A stretch of DNA of 64,000 bases, taken from positions 992,001 to 1,056,000 of the forward strand of contig CP147778.1 of NCBI GenBank assembly GCA_037305845.1, given 5' to 3'. Positions 19,651 through 29,414 of the stretch are shown piece by piece. The stretch comes from Candidatus Freyarchaeum deiterrae (GTDB lineage: Archaea; Asgardarchaeota; Jordiarchaeia; Jordiarchaeales; Jordiarchaeaceae). A program made the translations under genes and the position numbers. The number at the start of each line of letters is the position of its first letter. The first letter of the stretch is position 1. The notes under the pieces were generated by a model, which saw only the letters and a program-made list of their open reading frames with translations, ran no database searches and was not told where the DNA came from.

Positions 19651-20127
19651 TTGACGGTTAAAAGGCAGAAAAGCAGGTTTTTCGAAGCGGATATTTGGTG
19701 GCAACATCAACTAAATTTTAAAGCTGAACTAGACGGTTTGCATAAGGCGGAGATAGATGAACTGGAGCCTAATGGAACAGATCTGGCTCCGAATCCCGCT
19801 GATTATTTGCTTCTCGCTGTAGGTGGTTGTCTTGCATCATCATTTATGTTTTCAGTAAGCAAATTCGATTTGAATCTGAAAAGGATGCACGCTAAAGTGA
19901 GAGGGAAGTATACGAGAGTTAATGAGCGTATAAGAGTTGAGAGGGTGGATGTAGTTTTGGAGGTTGACCCAGCAACGGAAAAAGACCTTCAAGAAATCAA
20001 AGAATGGTGTATGGGGGTATTTCGTAATTTTTGTGTTGTATCAGAATCGATAAGAAAAGGTTTACCGATAGGTGTAACTTTAAAAATGGGTAACAGTGAA
20101 TTTGAAATTCCCCCACCAGAGGAATAA
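19651..20127 (+). CDS. OsmC/Ohr-family protein
   Basis: DE..P.GTDLAPNPADYLL.AVGGC and a second Cys in FCVVSESI; GGAGGT Shine-Dalgarno before TTG at 19651. Confidence 0.85.
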   Translation: MTVKRQKSRFFEADIWWQHQLNFKAELDGLHKAEIDELEPNGTDLAPNPADYLLLAVGGCLASSFMFSVSKFDLNLKRMHAKVRGKYTRVNERIRVERVDVVLEVDPATEKDLQEIKEWCMGVFRNFCVVSESIRKGLPIGVTLKMGNSEFEIPPPEE

Positions 20128-20172
20128 AATTACAGTTATTGATTGTGAATTATCTCGAGTTTTGAACCTAAA

Positions 20173-20550
20173 TTAATTGCCTTTTATTTCCATTATTATT
20201 TCTCTGTAAAGCTTCTTCAATTTTTTACACTTGTTTTTTATTTCCTTTTTCGTGACAGTATGACTCTCTGGGCATTCTTTATCGGTGATACAACTTTTCG
20301 CATCGAAGTTCAGTATGATAGGATAAAAAACACATCCTTCTGGACGCGAGGGGTACACTATGCACTCATTTTTGAAAAAAAAGCACTTGCCTTCTATGTT
20401 TCTGAGTTGATGAAATCCCTCTGGAGTGGTTACCATAAATTCTTTGCGGTCGTATCCCAAAGCCTCAATCCTAGCAATATCCTTTGAGGACAGAAGCATT
20501 TCGGTGTTTTGACAACATAAACCGCATCGACTGCACTTCAATTTTACCAC
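20173..20550 (-). CDS. YkgJ-family CxxCxxCC cysteine cluster protein
   Basis: CSRCGLCC, CFF...CIVYPSRPEGCVFYP. Confidence 0.85.
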   Translation of the reverse strand: MVKLKCSRCGLCCQNTEMLLSSKDIARIEALGYDRKEFMVTTPEGFHQLRNIEGKCFFFKNECIVYPSRPEGCVFYPIILNFDAKSCITDKECPESHTVTKKEIKNKCKKLKKLYREIIMEIKGN

Positions 20551-20651
20551 TTCATTCCTCTAAAAGAAGATAGACATAAAATAAATAGTTACAATTTTTT
20601 TAAAAATTCAGAGGTGTTGTTGAAAGTGTTTTTGGTAATTATTTTTCATTT

Positions 20652-21623
20652 TTAAATTCGACCGTATTTCTTGACTAGCCATCTGACATATTTTCTTATC
20701 GCTTCGTCTATTCGTATTGTGGGTTTCCATCCCTGGTTTTTGAGTTTGGATATGTCAAGTAACATGAGGGATACATCGCCGGTCCATCCCTGCTCACCAC
20801 CGGTATAAGTAAGTTCAACATCTTGAAGTTTTAACTCGTTTATCACTAGTTTTGAAATGTAGTTTACGGTTACCCACTCCTCAGACCCTATATTGAAAAT
20901 ATTGAATCCTTTCTCGGATTTCTCCGAGACATACAGTGAAGCGTTTATACAGTCTGAGACATCCATGTAGGATTTTCTCTGGTTTCCGTCACCTAGTATT
21001 TGAAGGCTTTTATGCTCCTTCTTGAGTTTTTGGTAAAAGTCGAAAATTACTCCATGTAAACTCCTAGCTCCTATTATGTTCGCGTATCGTAGGACCACTC
21101 CGCAAAGCCCATAACACGCACAGTAGGCAGAAATATAGGCCTCTGAAGAAGCCTTTGAAGCTCCATACGGACTTATAGGCTGGGAGGGATAGGTTTCAGG
21201 AGTGGGGAGTGTCTCAGCTAATCCGTAGAGGGTTCCACCGCTGGAGGCTAAAACTATGTTTGAAATATCTTTTTTTCGCATAGCTTCTAGTACATTGACC
21301 ATTCCATTAACGTTGACATCAAAATCATACATAGGATCTGAAACGCTTCTCCGAATATCATACTGAGCTGCGAAGTGGAAAACCACGCTTATATCTTCAA
21401 GGCAGCTTTCAACGGTTTCAAAATCTCTAACGTCTCCTTTAACGAATTCAATTTGGCCTTTATCCAAATAATCTTGGATATACTCTGTGGTCGAGTTTGA
21501 AAGATCATCTAGAATTGTTACTTTGCAGCCCTTTTCGACCAAGTTGTCAACTAGATGGCTTCCTATAAAGCCCGTTCCACCAGTTACTAAAGCTTTTTCA
21601 CCCTTTATTTTCAAAAACTTCAT
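20652..21623 (-). CDS. NAD-dependent epimerase/dehydratase (UDP-glucose 4-epimerase-like)
   Basis: TGGTGFIGSH, YxxxK (YGASK), LRYANIIG, GWTGDV. Confidence 0.9.
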   Translation of the reverse strand: MKFLKIKGEKALVTGGTGFIGSHLVDNLVEKGCKVTILDDLSNSTTEYIQDYLDKGQIEFVKGDVRDFETVESCLEDISVVFHFAAQYDIRRSVSDPMYDFDVNVNGMVNVLEAMRKKDISNIVLASSGGTLYGLAETLPTPETYPSQPISPYGASKASSEAYISAYCACYGLCGVVLRYANIIGARSLHGVIFDFYQKLKKEHKSLQILGDGNQRKSYMDVSDCINASLYVSEKSEKGFNIFNIGSEEWVTVNYISKLVINELKLQDVELTYTGGEQGWTGDVSLMLLDISKLKNQGWKPTIRIDEAIRKYVRWLVKKYGRI

Positions 21624-22027
21624 CTCACAAACTCTGTAACTTGGTAATGGAGTATTGTTCTATTTTTGAGGAGAATAATTAAAAAACCTTCCCTTCCAAT
21701 TTCAAATGATAAAAAATAGGCCAAAAATGGAGAACTAATCGAGCATTTTACGCGTCTTCATAGTCGATGTTATTTTACAATATTGAGAGAAATAAGGGGA
21801 AAAAGTGAAGGTTTAATGGACTAATTTACACAAAAATCGTAATTATTATATAGAAATATTTTAAAGTATTAGAAGAGGAGTTATTACTAGATAATATGAA
21901 AATTTTTCGGAATATTTAATATTAATGGGGAAAGCTCCGAAAAATTCACTCAACCAAAATGAATTTACTAAAAAATTTGTAAAAAAAATCTTGAAAAGAA
22001 ATTGGTAAATTTCTGAAGGTGATATGA

Positions 22028-22564
22028 TTGGGTCTTTTGGATTATAAAAGCTATATAATCGATCGAAAGATGTCTCTAATATTGGACAACTTTTCTATCA
22101 TGAACGATTCAAACGAAGAGATAGGAGCAGTTGAAAGTAAATTAATCTCACTTAATGGAGAATTCAAAATCTTGGACAAAGCAGGGAAAGTTGTAGGAAA
22201 AATTAAAGGAAAGCTTTCGCTAAGACCAGCCTTTAACATTTATGATGAAAAAAACAGCCTTATAGCAATAGCAAAGAGAAAGATAGTTGACTCAGGAGGA
22301 AGCGAATACTGGGTTGAAAATCAGGAAGGACAAAAAATTCTTGAAGCAACACCAGACTTCTCCGGGCAAGAATATCAAATAAAAAACCCTGAAGGAGAAT
22401 TAATTGCTGATATTTCCGAAAAAATATCCAACCTCAATGATGCATACATAATAAATATACACAACCATATTGACCCACTAATTATACTTGCCCTCACAAT
22501 TTCCATCGACTGCTATGAAAACAAGAAAAACCAATTAGAACTAATTACTGGCTTTGAAGATTAA
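22028..22564 (+). CDS. LURP-one/scramblase (Tubby C-terminal-like) protein
   Basis: Repeated beta hairpins (F.I.D..G..VG.I) and a C-terminal hydrophobic helix DPLIILALTISID. Confidence 0.75.
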   Translation: MGLLDYKSYIIDRKMSLILDNFSIMNDSNEEIGAVESKLISLNGEFKILDKAGKVVGKIKGKLSLRPAFNIYDEKNSLIAIAKRKIVDSGGSEYWVENQEGQKILEATPDFSGQEYQIKNPEGELIADISEKISNLNDAYIINIHNHIDPLIILALTISIDCYENKKNQLELITGFED

Positions 22565-23141
22565 ATAAAGTAACCGAGAAAGCCAAAAAGGCAATAATTA
22601 CCCAAAAAAACAAAAAAACTATTTTTCAACCTTCAAAAAATTAACGACCCAAAAATGTAAGGGTGGGAATCACCAGCATCGAAAAATTGAAGGATTGAAG
22701 GGAATTACACGGGGACCCGCACTGGCGCCCGCATAATTCCCTTTCTCCCTCCTCATGGGGTAGATCGCATGGATAAGCTTTATTTTATTATTGAGTTTGT
22801 TGGAGGGAAGTTCCCATTTTTTAGTATAAGATAATCTTGATTAAAAGTATTTTTTTGTTTCTATTAATTTATTATATTGTTATTTTTCTTATTTATATCT
22901 TTCGATTAGTTAATTTGAGTTATATTATCACAGATTTTGGTTTATTAATGAAAAAGCCGAAGCTTAATTTATTTTATTTTTGCAAAAGAAATCTTTCGTT
23001 TTTCAATAAATTTGATTGACAAGTGTATATTTTTAGGATAAATGAATCAGAGAGATTATGCTTATTGTAATGTGTTCAAGTACTTTTGAAAAGAAAGTTA
23101 ATAAAAAAATGAATTTTTGAATGTTTATTCAGTTAGTTGGA

Positions 23142-24362
23142 TTAGAAATTCTTTTTGATAAGTTCTAAGGCCTTTTCTCCATCCTTTGATTTCACTAGAA
23201 TCTTGATGCTGCTGGCGGTTGGGAGGAAACTGTACACATTGATTCCGTTTTCTGTTAGCGGTTCAGTTAGTTTGGAGATTATTCCCGGGGTTTTCACGTA
23301 ATCCTGCCCCTTTACAAAAATCAGGCTTAGGTTATCATAGCAGGTAACTGATTTCCCTATGCCTCTCTTTCTTATTACTTCGTGAACCACATTGAAGGGA
23401 TTAAGTTGTGCATTATCGATGACTAGCAGCATAATACACCACGTTTCAAGAGTAGCACCTACAACCTCAACTTTCTTTTTGTAAATGTCTTCAAAAAACG
23501 TGGATAAAATCCTGGGTTCTGTTACGTTATCACCGATTATGGTAATTAATTGAACTGGTTTTCCCAGTATAGAAATCTCCATACTTGGAATACTTTTGCC
23601 AGTGATTACTGTTCCGTCCTCTGTAATTTTTCCTTTATCCATACCCACTATATGGATCGCCGAATCATCAGATTTATACTGGAGTGCTTTTGACTGAATC
23701 ACCTTAGCTCCTGAAGTTGATAAAATTTGGGTTTCCATGGTATCCAATGCTTTGATTGTATTCGAGCTCTCGACTTTCTTAGGATCTCCCGACTTTACGC
23801 CGGAAACATCCTTCACGAGTACTACTGAATTGGTGTCCAGACATTTCCCAAGCAGTATTGCTGTTAAATCACTACCTCCTCGACCTAATGTTGTAATTCT
23901 CCCGTTTTGATTTTTTCCCAAGAATCCACAGATTACAGGAACCTGTTTTTTCTCTAATAGAGGGACTAGAAAATTTTTTACATGCTGCTTCGTGAGTTCT
24001 AGGTCAGGGTTTGCGTTTCCATAATTGTCATCCGTGAATATAGGCCATAATTCACTTTCGGGATCTATCAGTACTGCGTCAACTCCCAATGATTTTAGTG
24101 CCATACACATTAGCCTTGCGCTAGTTCTTTCGCCCATTGACAGTAGGCTGTCCAGATCGCTTGATGAATTTGAGCTGTTATCCACTAGTTCGGCCATTTT
24201 GATTAGTTCATCTGTTTGACCCTTTAGGGCAGATACCACAACCACTATTCTCTTTTCGTTGTTATGTTCGTTTTTTATCAGCTGTGCGACTTTTTTAACA
24301 TTAGAGACGCCGTCTAGTACGGAGCCACCGAATTTGTATACTACTGTTTCAGGTTTGTTCAT
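23142..24362 (-). CDS. lysC: Aspartate kinase with ACT domains
   Basis: VYKFGGS, VVVVSAL.GQTD, LSMGERTSA, TTLGRGGSD, KDVSGV..DP. Confidence 0.85.
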   Translation of the reverse strand: MNKPETVVYKFGGSVLDGVSNVKKVAQLIKNEHNNEKRIVVVVSALKGQTDELIKMAELVDNSSNSSSDLDSLLSMGERTSARLMCMALKSLGVDAVLIDPESELWPIFTDDNYGNANPDLELTKQHVKNFLVPLLEKKQVPVICGFLGKNQNGRITTLGRGGSDLTAILLGKCLDTNSVVLVKDVSGVKSGDPKKVESSNTIKALDTMETQILSTSGAKVIQSKALQYKSDDSAIHIVGMDKGKITEDGTVITGKSIPSMEISILGKPVQLITIIGDNVTEPRILSTFFEDIYKKKVEVVGATLETWCIMLLVIDNAQLNPFNVVHEVIRKRGIGKSVTCYDNLSLIFVKGQDYVKTPGIISKLTEPLTENGINVYSFLPTASSIKILVKSKDGEKALELIKKNF

Positions 24363-24708
24363 GGTTAACCACTCCGAAGGAAATTTATTTCTGTAAAAAG
24401 AGTTTCTAAATAGAGGACGGATTTTTCAAAAGAAGCAGTCAGTAAGTATTTTACTTTTCTTTGCGCTTTATCCGGTTTTTTAAGCTGGGAAAAAATAATC
24501 CATCCGCATCTTTTTTATCACCGCTTCTCTCCGTTAAGAGAGTATAATTAAAAAGGTTTTCGTTTTTAATGAGGGTAGTTATATTTTCTTTAAATATATG
24601 ATATTCGGGTATTTTGTGTGTATTACACACTTTTTTTATTCTTTTTTCACATATTCTCCAGTAGAAATTGACCAGTACTACTTAGATAAGTGTTTAATTA
24701 AAGGAGAT

Positions 24709-25464
24709 ATGGGAATGTCAAAAAGTGGCAGCGAAGGATTGAAAAAAAACGGCGAATTTGTAAAAATGCGCGGCGTAGGCATCCCAATAAGACTCTACAA
24801 GCTCCAAAACGCAAAACTTGATGGAGACGAGGTTGTCAAACTCATGAGAAAACACCTCTGGGGAGAAGGAACTGAAGAAGGCTTCATTAAACCCCGGAAG
24901 AACAACGGCGAAGTTCAAGCAGAATACGTTGTGACTTACCCCTACCATTACTATAGGTTGGATGAGCGGGGAAGGATAGTTCCCGTTTCGGTTATGGCAC
25001 AAGACAAGGGAGAAATCCACGTGCGCTACGACACCGGAGTTATAGAGCTCAGAGGCAGTTATCACGCGACAAAACGAAGCATGGAGAAAACTGTTGAAAT
25101 AACAGGAGTCAAAGCAGAGCCAATGACTATAAGTGATGATGCAATGGACAAGTTGATGACAAAGGCGAATGAAGTGACAACAATCACAATTTCGAACCTT
25201 GATAACCCTTACCTAAATTCCCTAGAGATTAGGGGAGAGGCGGTCAAGCGTGCCCCTGAGATTCTAATATTTAGGAAAAGACAACGTGGAAAAATCCAAA
25301 CCCTTCGAGGAACCTATTCTTTGCCATCAGGACAAATGCTAACCTGTTTCTTCAATTCGAAGGGATCATTCATAATTTATAGAAAAGGGGAAGGAATATA
25401 CGCAAATGACCTTGAATACCTAGTCGGTTATCTAGAAAAACTGGCTTCACCCGAGATGCAGTAA
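24709..25464 (+). CDS. Hypothetical protein
   Basis: Long ORF; AAGGAG Shine-Dalgarno before ATG at 24709/24715. Confidence 0.65.
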   Translation: MGMSKSGSEGLKKNGEFVKMRGVGIPIRLYKLQNAKLDGDEVVKLMRKHLWGEGTEEGFIKPRKNNGEVQAEYVVTYPYHYYRLDERGRIVPVSVMAQDKGEIHVRYDTGVIELRGSYHATKRSMEKTVEITGVKAEPMTISDDAMDKLMTKANEVTTITISNLDNPYLNSLEIRGEAVKRAPEILIFRKRQRGKIQTLRGTYSLPSGQMLTCFFNSKGSFIIYRKGEGIYANDLEYLVGYLEKLASPEMQ

Positions 25465-25617
25465 AACTTCCTCTTTCCACCCTACCCGGCGGCCCCCGCT
25501 CGACCTCTCTCCTATTTTTTACAATTTAAGAAGTTTTAACCTAGTGGCAGATATCGGAAAATAATTTTTCTTGAGCTATTCGTTATTCTATGCACGATGG
25601 GTTGAAATTGAGTCGAA

Positions 25618-26211
25618 TTATTTAATATGAGTGTTTATTTTTTCTATTATTTCTTGGGCCGTTTTATTTACTTCTCGGTTATTCTGGACACGGATGACAT
25701 TTGGGTTGAATTTATCGAAAACTTTTTCGTACCCCTCAATCACTTTTTCGATATAGTTTCTGTCTATTTCATTCCATTCCACGGGATGCTTCTCTTCCCT
25801 GTTTCTTATTTGTTTTATTAATTGCTCAGGGCTTTCTTCAAGATAGAAAACCGTTGTTTCTTCCCATTTCACAGCTTTGTAGAGGTTTTCGATAGTTTGA
25901 TAGTCTTCACTGGTACATAATGCGTAGGTGTAGCTGAGTAGACATAAAGGACTACGATCACAGAAAACAATCCCTTCCGTTCGACTTCTTATTTCCTCAT
26001 TTCTTCTGATCATTTGCTCCAGGAACCATAGTTCTGCTCGTAAGGCAATTTGTTTATCTTTGGATCCAAAAGGGTATCGAGGAGTGTTTATGTTATCTGG
26101 AAAAAAGGTCCAGTTTCTGCATTTCTTTTTGAGTATCTCATAAATGGTGGTTTTTCCGGATCCGTGTACGCCTGATAGTGCGAAAACGTATTTCATTGGG
26201 GAGAGCCTCAT
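25618..26211 (-). CDS. P-loop nucleoside/nucleotide kinase-like protein
   Basis: GVHGSGKTT, FCDRS, IRNR lid region. Confidence 0.75.
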   Translation of the reverse strand: MRLSPMKYVFALSGVHGSGKTTIYEILKKKCRNWTFFPDNINTPRYPFGSKDKQIALRAELWFLEQMIRRNEEIRSRTEGIVFCDRSPLCLLSYTYALCTSEDYQTIENLYKAVKWEETTVFYLEESPEQLIKQIRNREEKHPVEWNEIDRNYIEKVIEGYEKVFDKFNPNVIRVQNNREVNKTAQEIIEKINTHIK

Positions 26212-26383
26212 TTTAACTTCTCTCGGGCTAATAAAAACTTCCCGTTTATATGCATGAGTAAGACGAGAGTATACCAGTTAAGGTTTAGCAGTTTAGATTA
26301 AAATTATTTTTTAGGATATTCTTGTAATATTTAATTTTTAGCTTGCGGAATTATTCTTTTCTTTCAATTTGTTGAATGTTTGG

Positions 26384-26905
26384 TTAATCCTCATTAAACA
26401 TTGTGGGTAGGCTTTTTTCGATTAATTTTGACAGATGTAAAATCTCAAACAATGCATCTATCTTATCTGCAATCCAAACTGTGAAAGCCTCTCTGCTTTT
26501 GGGCACCCCGCCTATGGGGGACATGTGAGTTCTTATTACTTCCACAACTCTAGGGTTTTCTCCAATTTTCCGCGCTAAAGCTGCTCCTTTTTTCGCGTGT
26601 CCAAAAGTTTGGCTTAATGGTTTATGGATTTCCCGGTAATCATAACCTATATCGTGTAGAATACCCGCTCGGGCGCAAACTCGGGCATCTCCACCCAAAA
26701 GGGTGCAGAGGCGAAAGCTGAGGTAACCAACTCTAATGCAGTGGTCACGCCTTCTATTTTTCTTCTGTTTAGTTTTTGAGAATCTATGAGACGGATACTT
26801 TTCCAACATTCTCAGATACTCAGAATTCTGTAAATCTTCTACAATTTTTTCAAAAAGCATAAACGTATCCTTCTCGCATTTCTTGCAATCTAATTTAAAA
26901 GACAT
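26384..26905 (-). CDS. HD-domain phosphohydrolase
   Basis: DHCIRV, AGILHDIG, HAKKGA, IRTHM, ADKIDA. Confidence 0.85.
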   Translation of the reverse strand: MSFKLDCKKCEKDTFMLFEKIVEDLQNSEYLRMLEKYPSHRFSKTKQKKNRRRDHCIRVGYLSFRLCTLLGGDARVCARAGILHDIGYDYREIHKPLSQTFGHAKKGAALARKIGENPRVVEVIRTHMSPIGGVPKSREAFTVWIADKIDALFEILHLSKLIEKSLPTMFNED

Positions 26906-26974
26906 TATTATAGTCCCATATAATTAATCGGGTTAGGATATATTTTTCCACTCAATTTCAAGAAAAAGGAGGGT

Positions 26975-28972
26975 TTAGGTGAACCAATCGGGTTCAGGTT
27001 CGGGTGGTGGTGGGGGCGGTGGAGGTGGTCCTTCACCCTGTCCAAACTCGAAAAACTCTGGTGGAGGCTTGGGTTTTCTGCGTCCAGCCCAAACAATGGC
27101 AACTAATCCAATCACTACAACTGCCCCTATTCCCACAATACCGCCAATAACCAAAAGATTATTCACGGGTCGGGAACTGCCGAAGAGCAAAAGTAGCAAA
27201 TAAAGCAAGCTGGGTTTGACGCTCGGTGGAGATAAAGGAATAGTGAACAACACGCTTCCATTTCCACTTATATTAACGAACATCAGAGTTCCAGAGAAAT
27301 TGGAAACAGACATATTTGGAGGAACTGTAAAGCTGATTGGTACAAATTGTTGTTCGTCAGTAAGATTGAAAGTGTTGAGGGGGGGTAGAGTCGTATAAGC
27401 GCTAGCATTGCCATTTACACTGAAAGTCGCATTAATGATTGAAGTATTGTTAGTCAAGTTTCCCACAACAATGGTCAGATTGAGGATTGTGATAGATGTG
27501 TTGCTGAGTGTCATAGGAGGCGTGATAGCCCTTATTGGAGTTATTATCAGAGGCGGTATGGTGGTAGCGTTCTTTATGTAATAATCTTGTAGATAGTTGT
27601 ATGCACTGTTAATGTTTATCAGTCCGGCTCCTTGTGAGAATGGATTGTCGCTTAGGTCCGTCGCTTTCATCATAATTGCAGCTTTAACGGTGTTTGGGGA
27701 AATCCAAGACACATTAGAATGAGCATCAAGTAATAGAGCTATTGCACCAGACACAACAGGTGTAGCGGCACTAGTTCCGCTGAAATAATTATGTAGGATA
27801 CTGTGATTATCGTTTGATAGAACAGTTAAATCTTCCCCAGGAGCTACTATGTCTGGTTTGGACCTGTTATCGTCTGTTGGTCCCCGGCTAGAAAAGTAGG
27901 ATACGGAACTGTGACTAGTATCTACCGAGCCGACAGTGATAATATAGGCTCCTAACCCGGGTGAATTTATAGTTCTGTAGATGGGTATAATTCCGTAGTA
28001 GAGGGAAAAACCGTCTCCACCCTCATTGCCAGCAGCTGCGACTACAATCGTGCCGTTATTCCATGCACGGTTGGCCGCAATGCTCAAAGTATCGTCGGAG
28101 GTCCCGTTTGAGTTACCCAAAGACATTGAGATGATATTGGCTTTAGGATGGCTTGTACTATTAGTCAACGCTTCATCTATCGCATTTATTGCCCAAAGAT
28201 CCTCTCCGTTACCGTTTTTATCTAATACCTTCAAGTTCAAGAAAGTTACCGCGGGTGCAACGCCTTTATCGGCGGAATCGTTGATTCCTGATGCTCCGAT
28301 TATTCCAGCTACAGCCGTTCCGTGACCGTTTAGATCATCTGTGGAACTTTCACCTAGTACGAAACTCTGGTTGTAAATTATCTGGCTTCCGGGCAAATCT
28401 ATGTGGGGATTGATTCCGGTGTCTAGGACTGCAACGACAACTCCTGTTCCGTTTAAGCCGTATGTTGTTTGGAGTGTACTGGCTCCTATTGCATTGTTGG
28501 CGCTTTGGTCTTCTGCTTGTATTTCGTTTGTCGTTATTTGTTCGGGTGCTAGTTTTATTTCTTCGTTGTAAGTTATCGAGCTTACATAGTTTTGTTGAGC
28601 TATGATTGGAGCTATTTTTATTGGGGCTTTTATGCATATGCCGTCGAGTATGGTGTAGTTTGAGATAATTTCGAAGTCTCCTAGGTTTTTGAGCAGGTTT
28701 ATTCCCTGGGTGTAGTTGACTGTTCCATCAAAGAATATTATCATCTCGTATTCTGTTGATGGGTCGGAGGTCTGTAGTAGTTGTTGTAGGTGTGTTCCCA
28801 TCTTTGAGTTTAGACTGGTTGAGCTGGTTGGGTTGGTTGGTTGTGTGGGGATTGTTAGCGTGTTACTGGTTGTGGATTGTTGGTTGAATGTGAGGAATAG
28901 TGAGAATGAGAGGATTAGTGTTACAGTTATGAGTAGGATGATGTTTTTTGTTCTTTTCCTGCACATTCTCAT
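26975..28972 (-). CDS. Membrane-anchored S8 subtilisin-like serine protease with proline-rich C-terminal tail
   Basis: Signal/TM and prodomain; catalytic triad VLDTG, HGTAVAG, SGTSAATP; C-terminal TM followed by a poly-Pro tail. Confidence 0.9.
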   Translation of the reverse strand: MRMCRKRTKNIILLITVTLILSFSLFLTFNQQSTTSNTLTIPTQPTNPTSSTSLNSKMGTHLQQLLQTSDPSTEYEMIIFFDGTVNYTQGINLLKNLGDFEIISNYTILDGICIKAPIKIAPIIAQQNYVSSITYNEEIKLAPEQITTNEIQAEDQSANNAIGASTLQTTYGLNGTGVVVAVLDTGINPHIDLPGSQIIYNQSFVLGESSTDDLNGHGTAVAGIIGASGINDSADKGVAPAVTFLNLKVLDKNGNGEDLWAINAIDEALTNSTSHPKANIISMSLGNSNGTSDDTLSIAANRAWNNGTIVVAAAGNEGGDGFSLYYGIIPIYRTINSPGLGAYIITVGSVDTSHSSVSYFSSRGPTDDNRSKPDIVAPGEDLTVLSNDNHSILHNYFSGTSAATPVVSGAIALLLDAHSNVSWISPNTVKAAIMMKATDLSDNPFSQGAGLININSAYNYLQDYYIKNATTIPPLIITPIRAITPPMTLSNTSITILNLTIVVGNLTNNTSIINATFSVNGNASAYTTLPPLNTFNLTDEQQFVPISFTVPPNMSVSNFSGTLMFVNISGNGSVLFTIPLSPPSVKPSLLYLLLLLFGSSRPVNNLLVIGGIVGIGAVVVIGLVAIVWAGRRKPKPPPEFFEFGQGEGPPPPPPPPPEPEPDWFT

Positions 28973-29165
28973 GGTATTACTTCCTTTGAATTAAGGGTTG
29001 ACAGATTAAAATTAGTTAATTTAAAATTGCTTTCGTTTTGTTATCTACTTTATTGGATTATTTTCATATATTTGTATCGATGTGTGTGTTTGCTTATTTT
29101 CGATTATTTTTAGAAGTGTTGGACTAATTCTCTTTGAAAAGTTTTTTGTGGTTTATTTTTAGGGA

Positions 29166-29253
29166 TGAGGGTATAGGTGTTACCCATTACTGAAACACGA
29201 GGTCATCGCTAGCCTTTTACTCGCTGTGCACTATTATAATGGGTATACCCTCA
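29166..29253 (-). ncRNA. Candidate H/ACA pseudouridylation guide RNA
   Basis: Minus strand: 9-bp stem UACCCAUUA/UAAUGGGUA, bipartite pocket, upper stem, and ACA 14 nt after the upper stem. An extra 8-bp outer stem encloses it. Confidence 0.5.
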
Positions 29254-29414
29254 GGATATATTATCTAGATTTGTTGAAATACGTTTTGGTGTTTTAGAAT
29301 TGGACGCTGTTTTTTGAGTGTATATTGCAGTAGTTTGAATTTTTTGTTAGTCTTTGGTGTTGTATTCTTTTTTTGTGAGGAGGGTTTTTATAAGAGTGGA
29401 TTTTTGGTTTGATG

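Noticed and set aside
25465-25520. Small GC hairpin plus T-tract after the hypothetical gene
   Set aside because: Consistent with an ordinary terminator between convergent genes; too short to support more.
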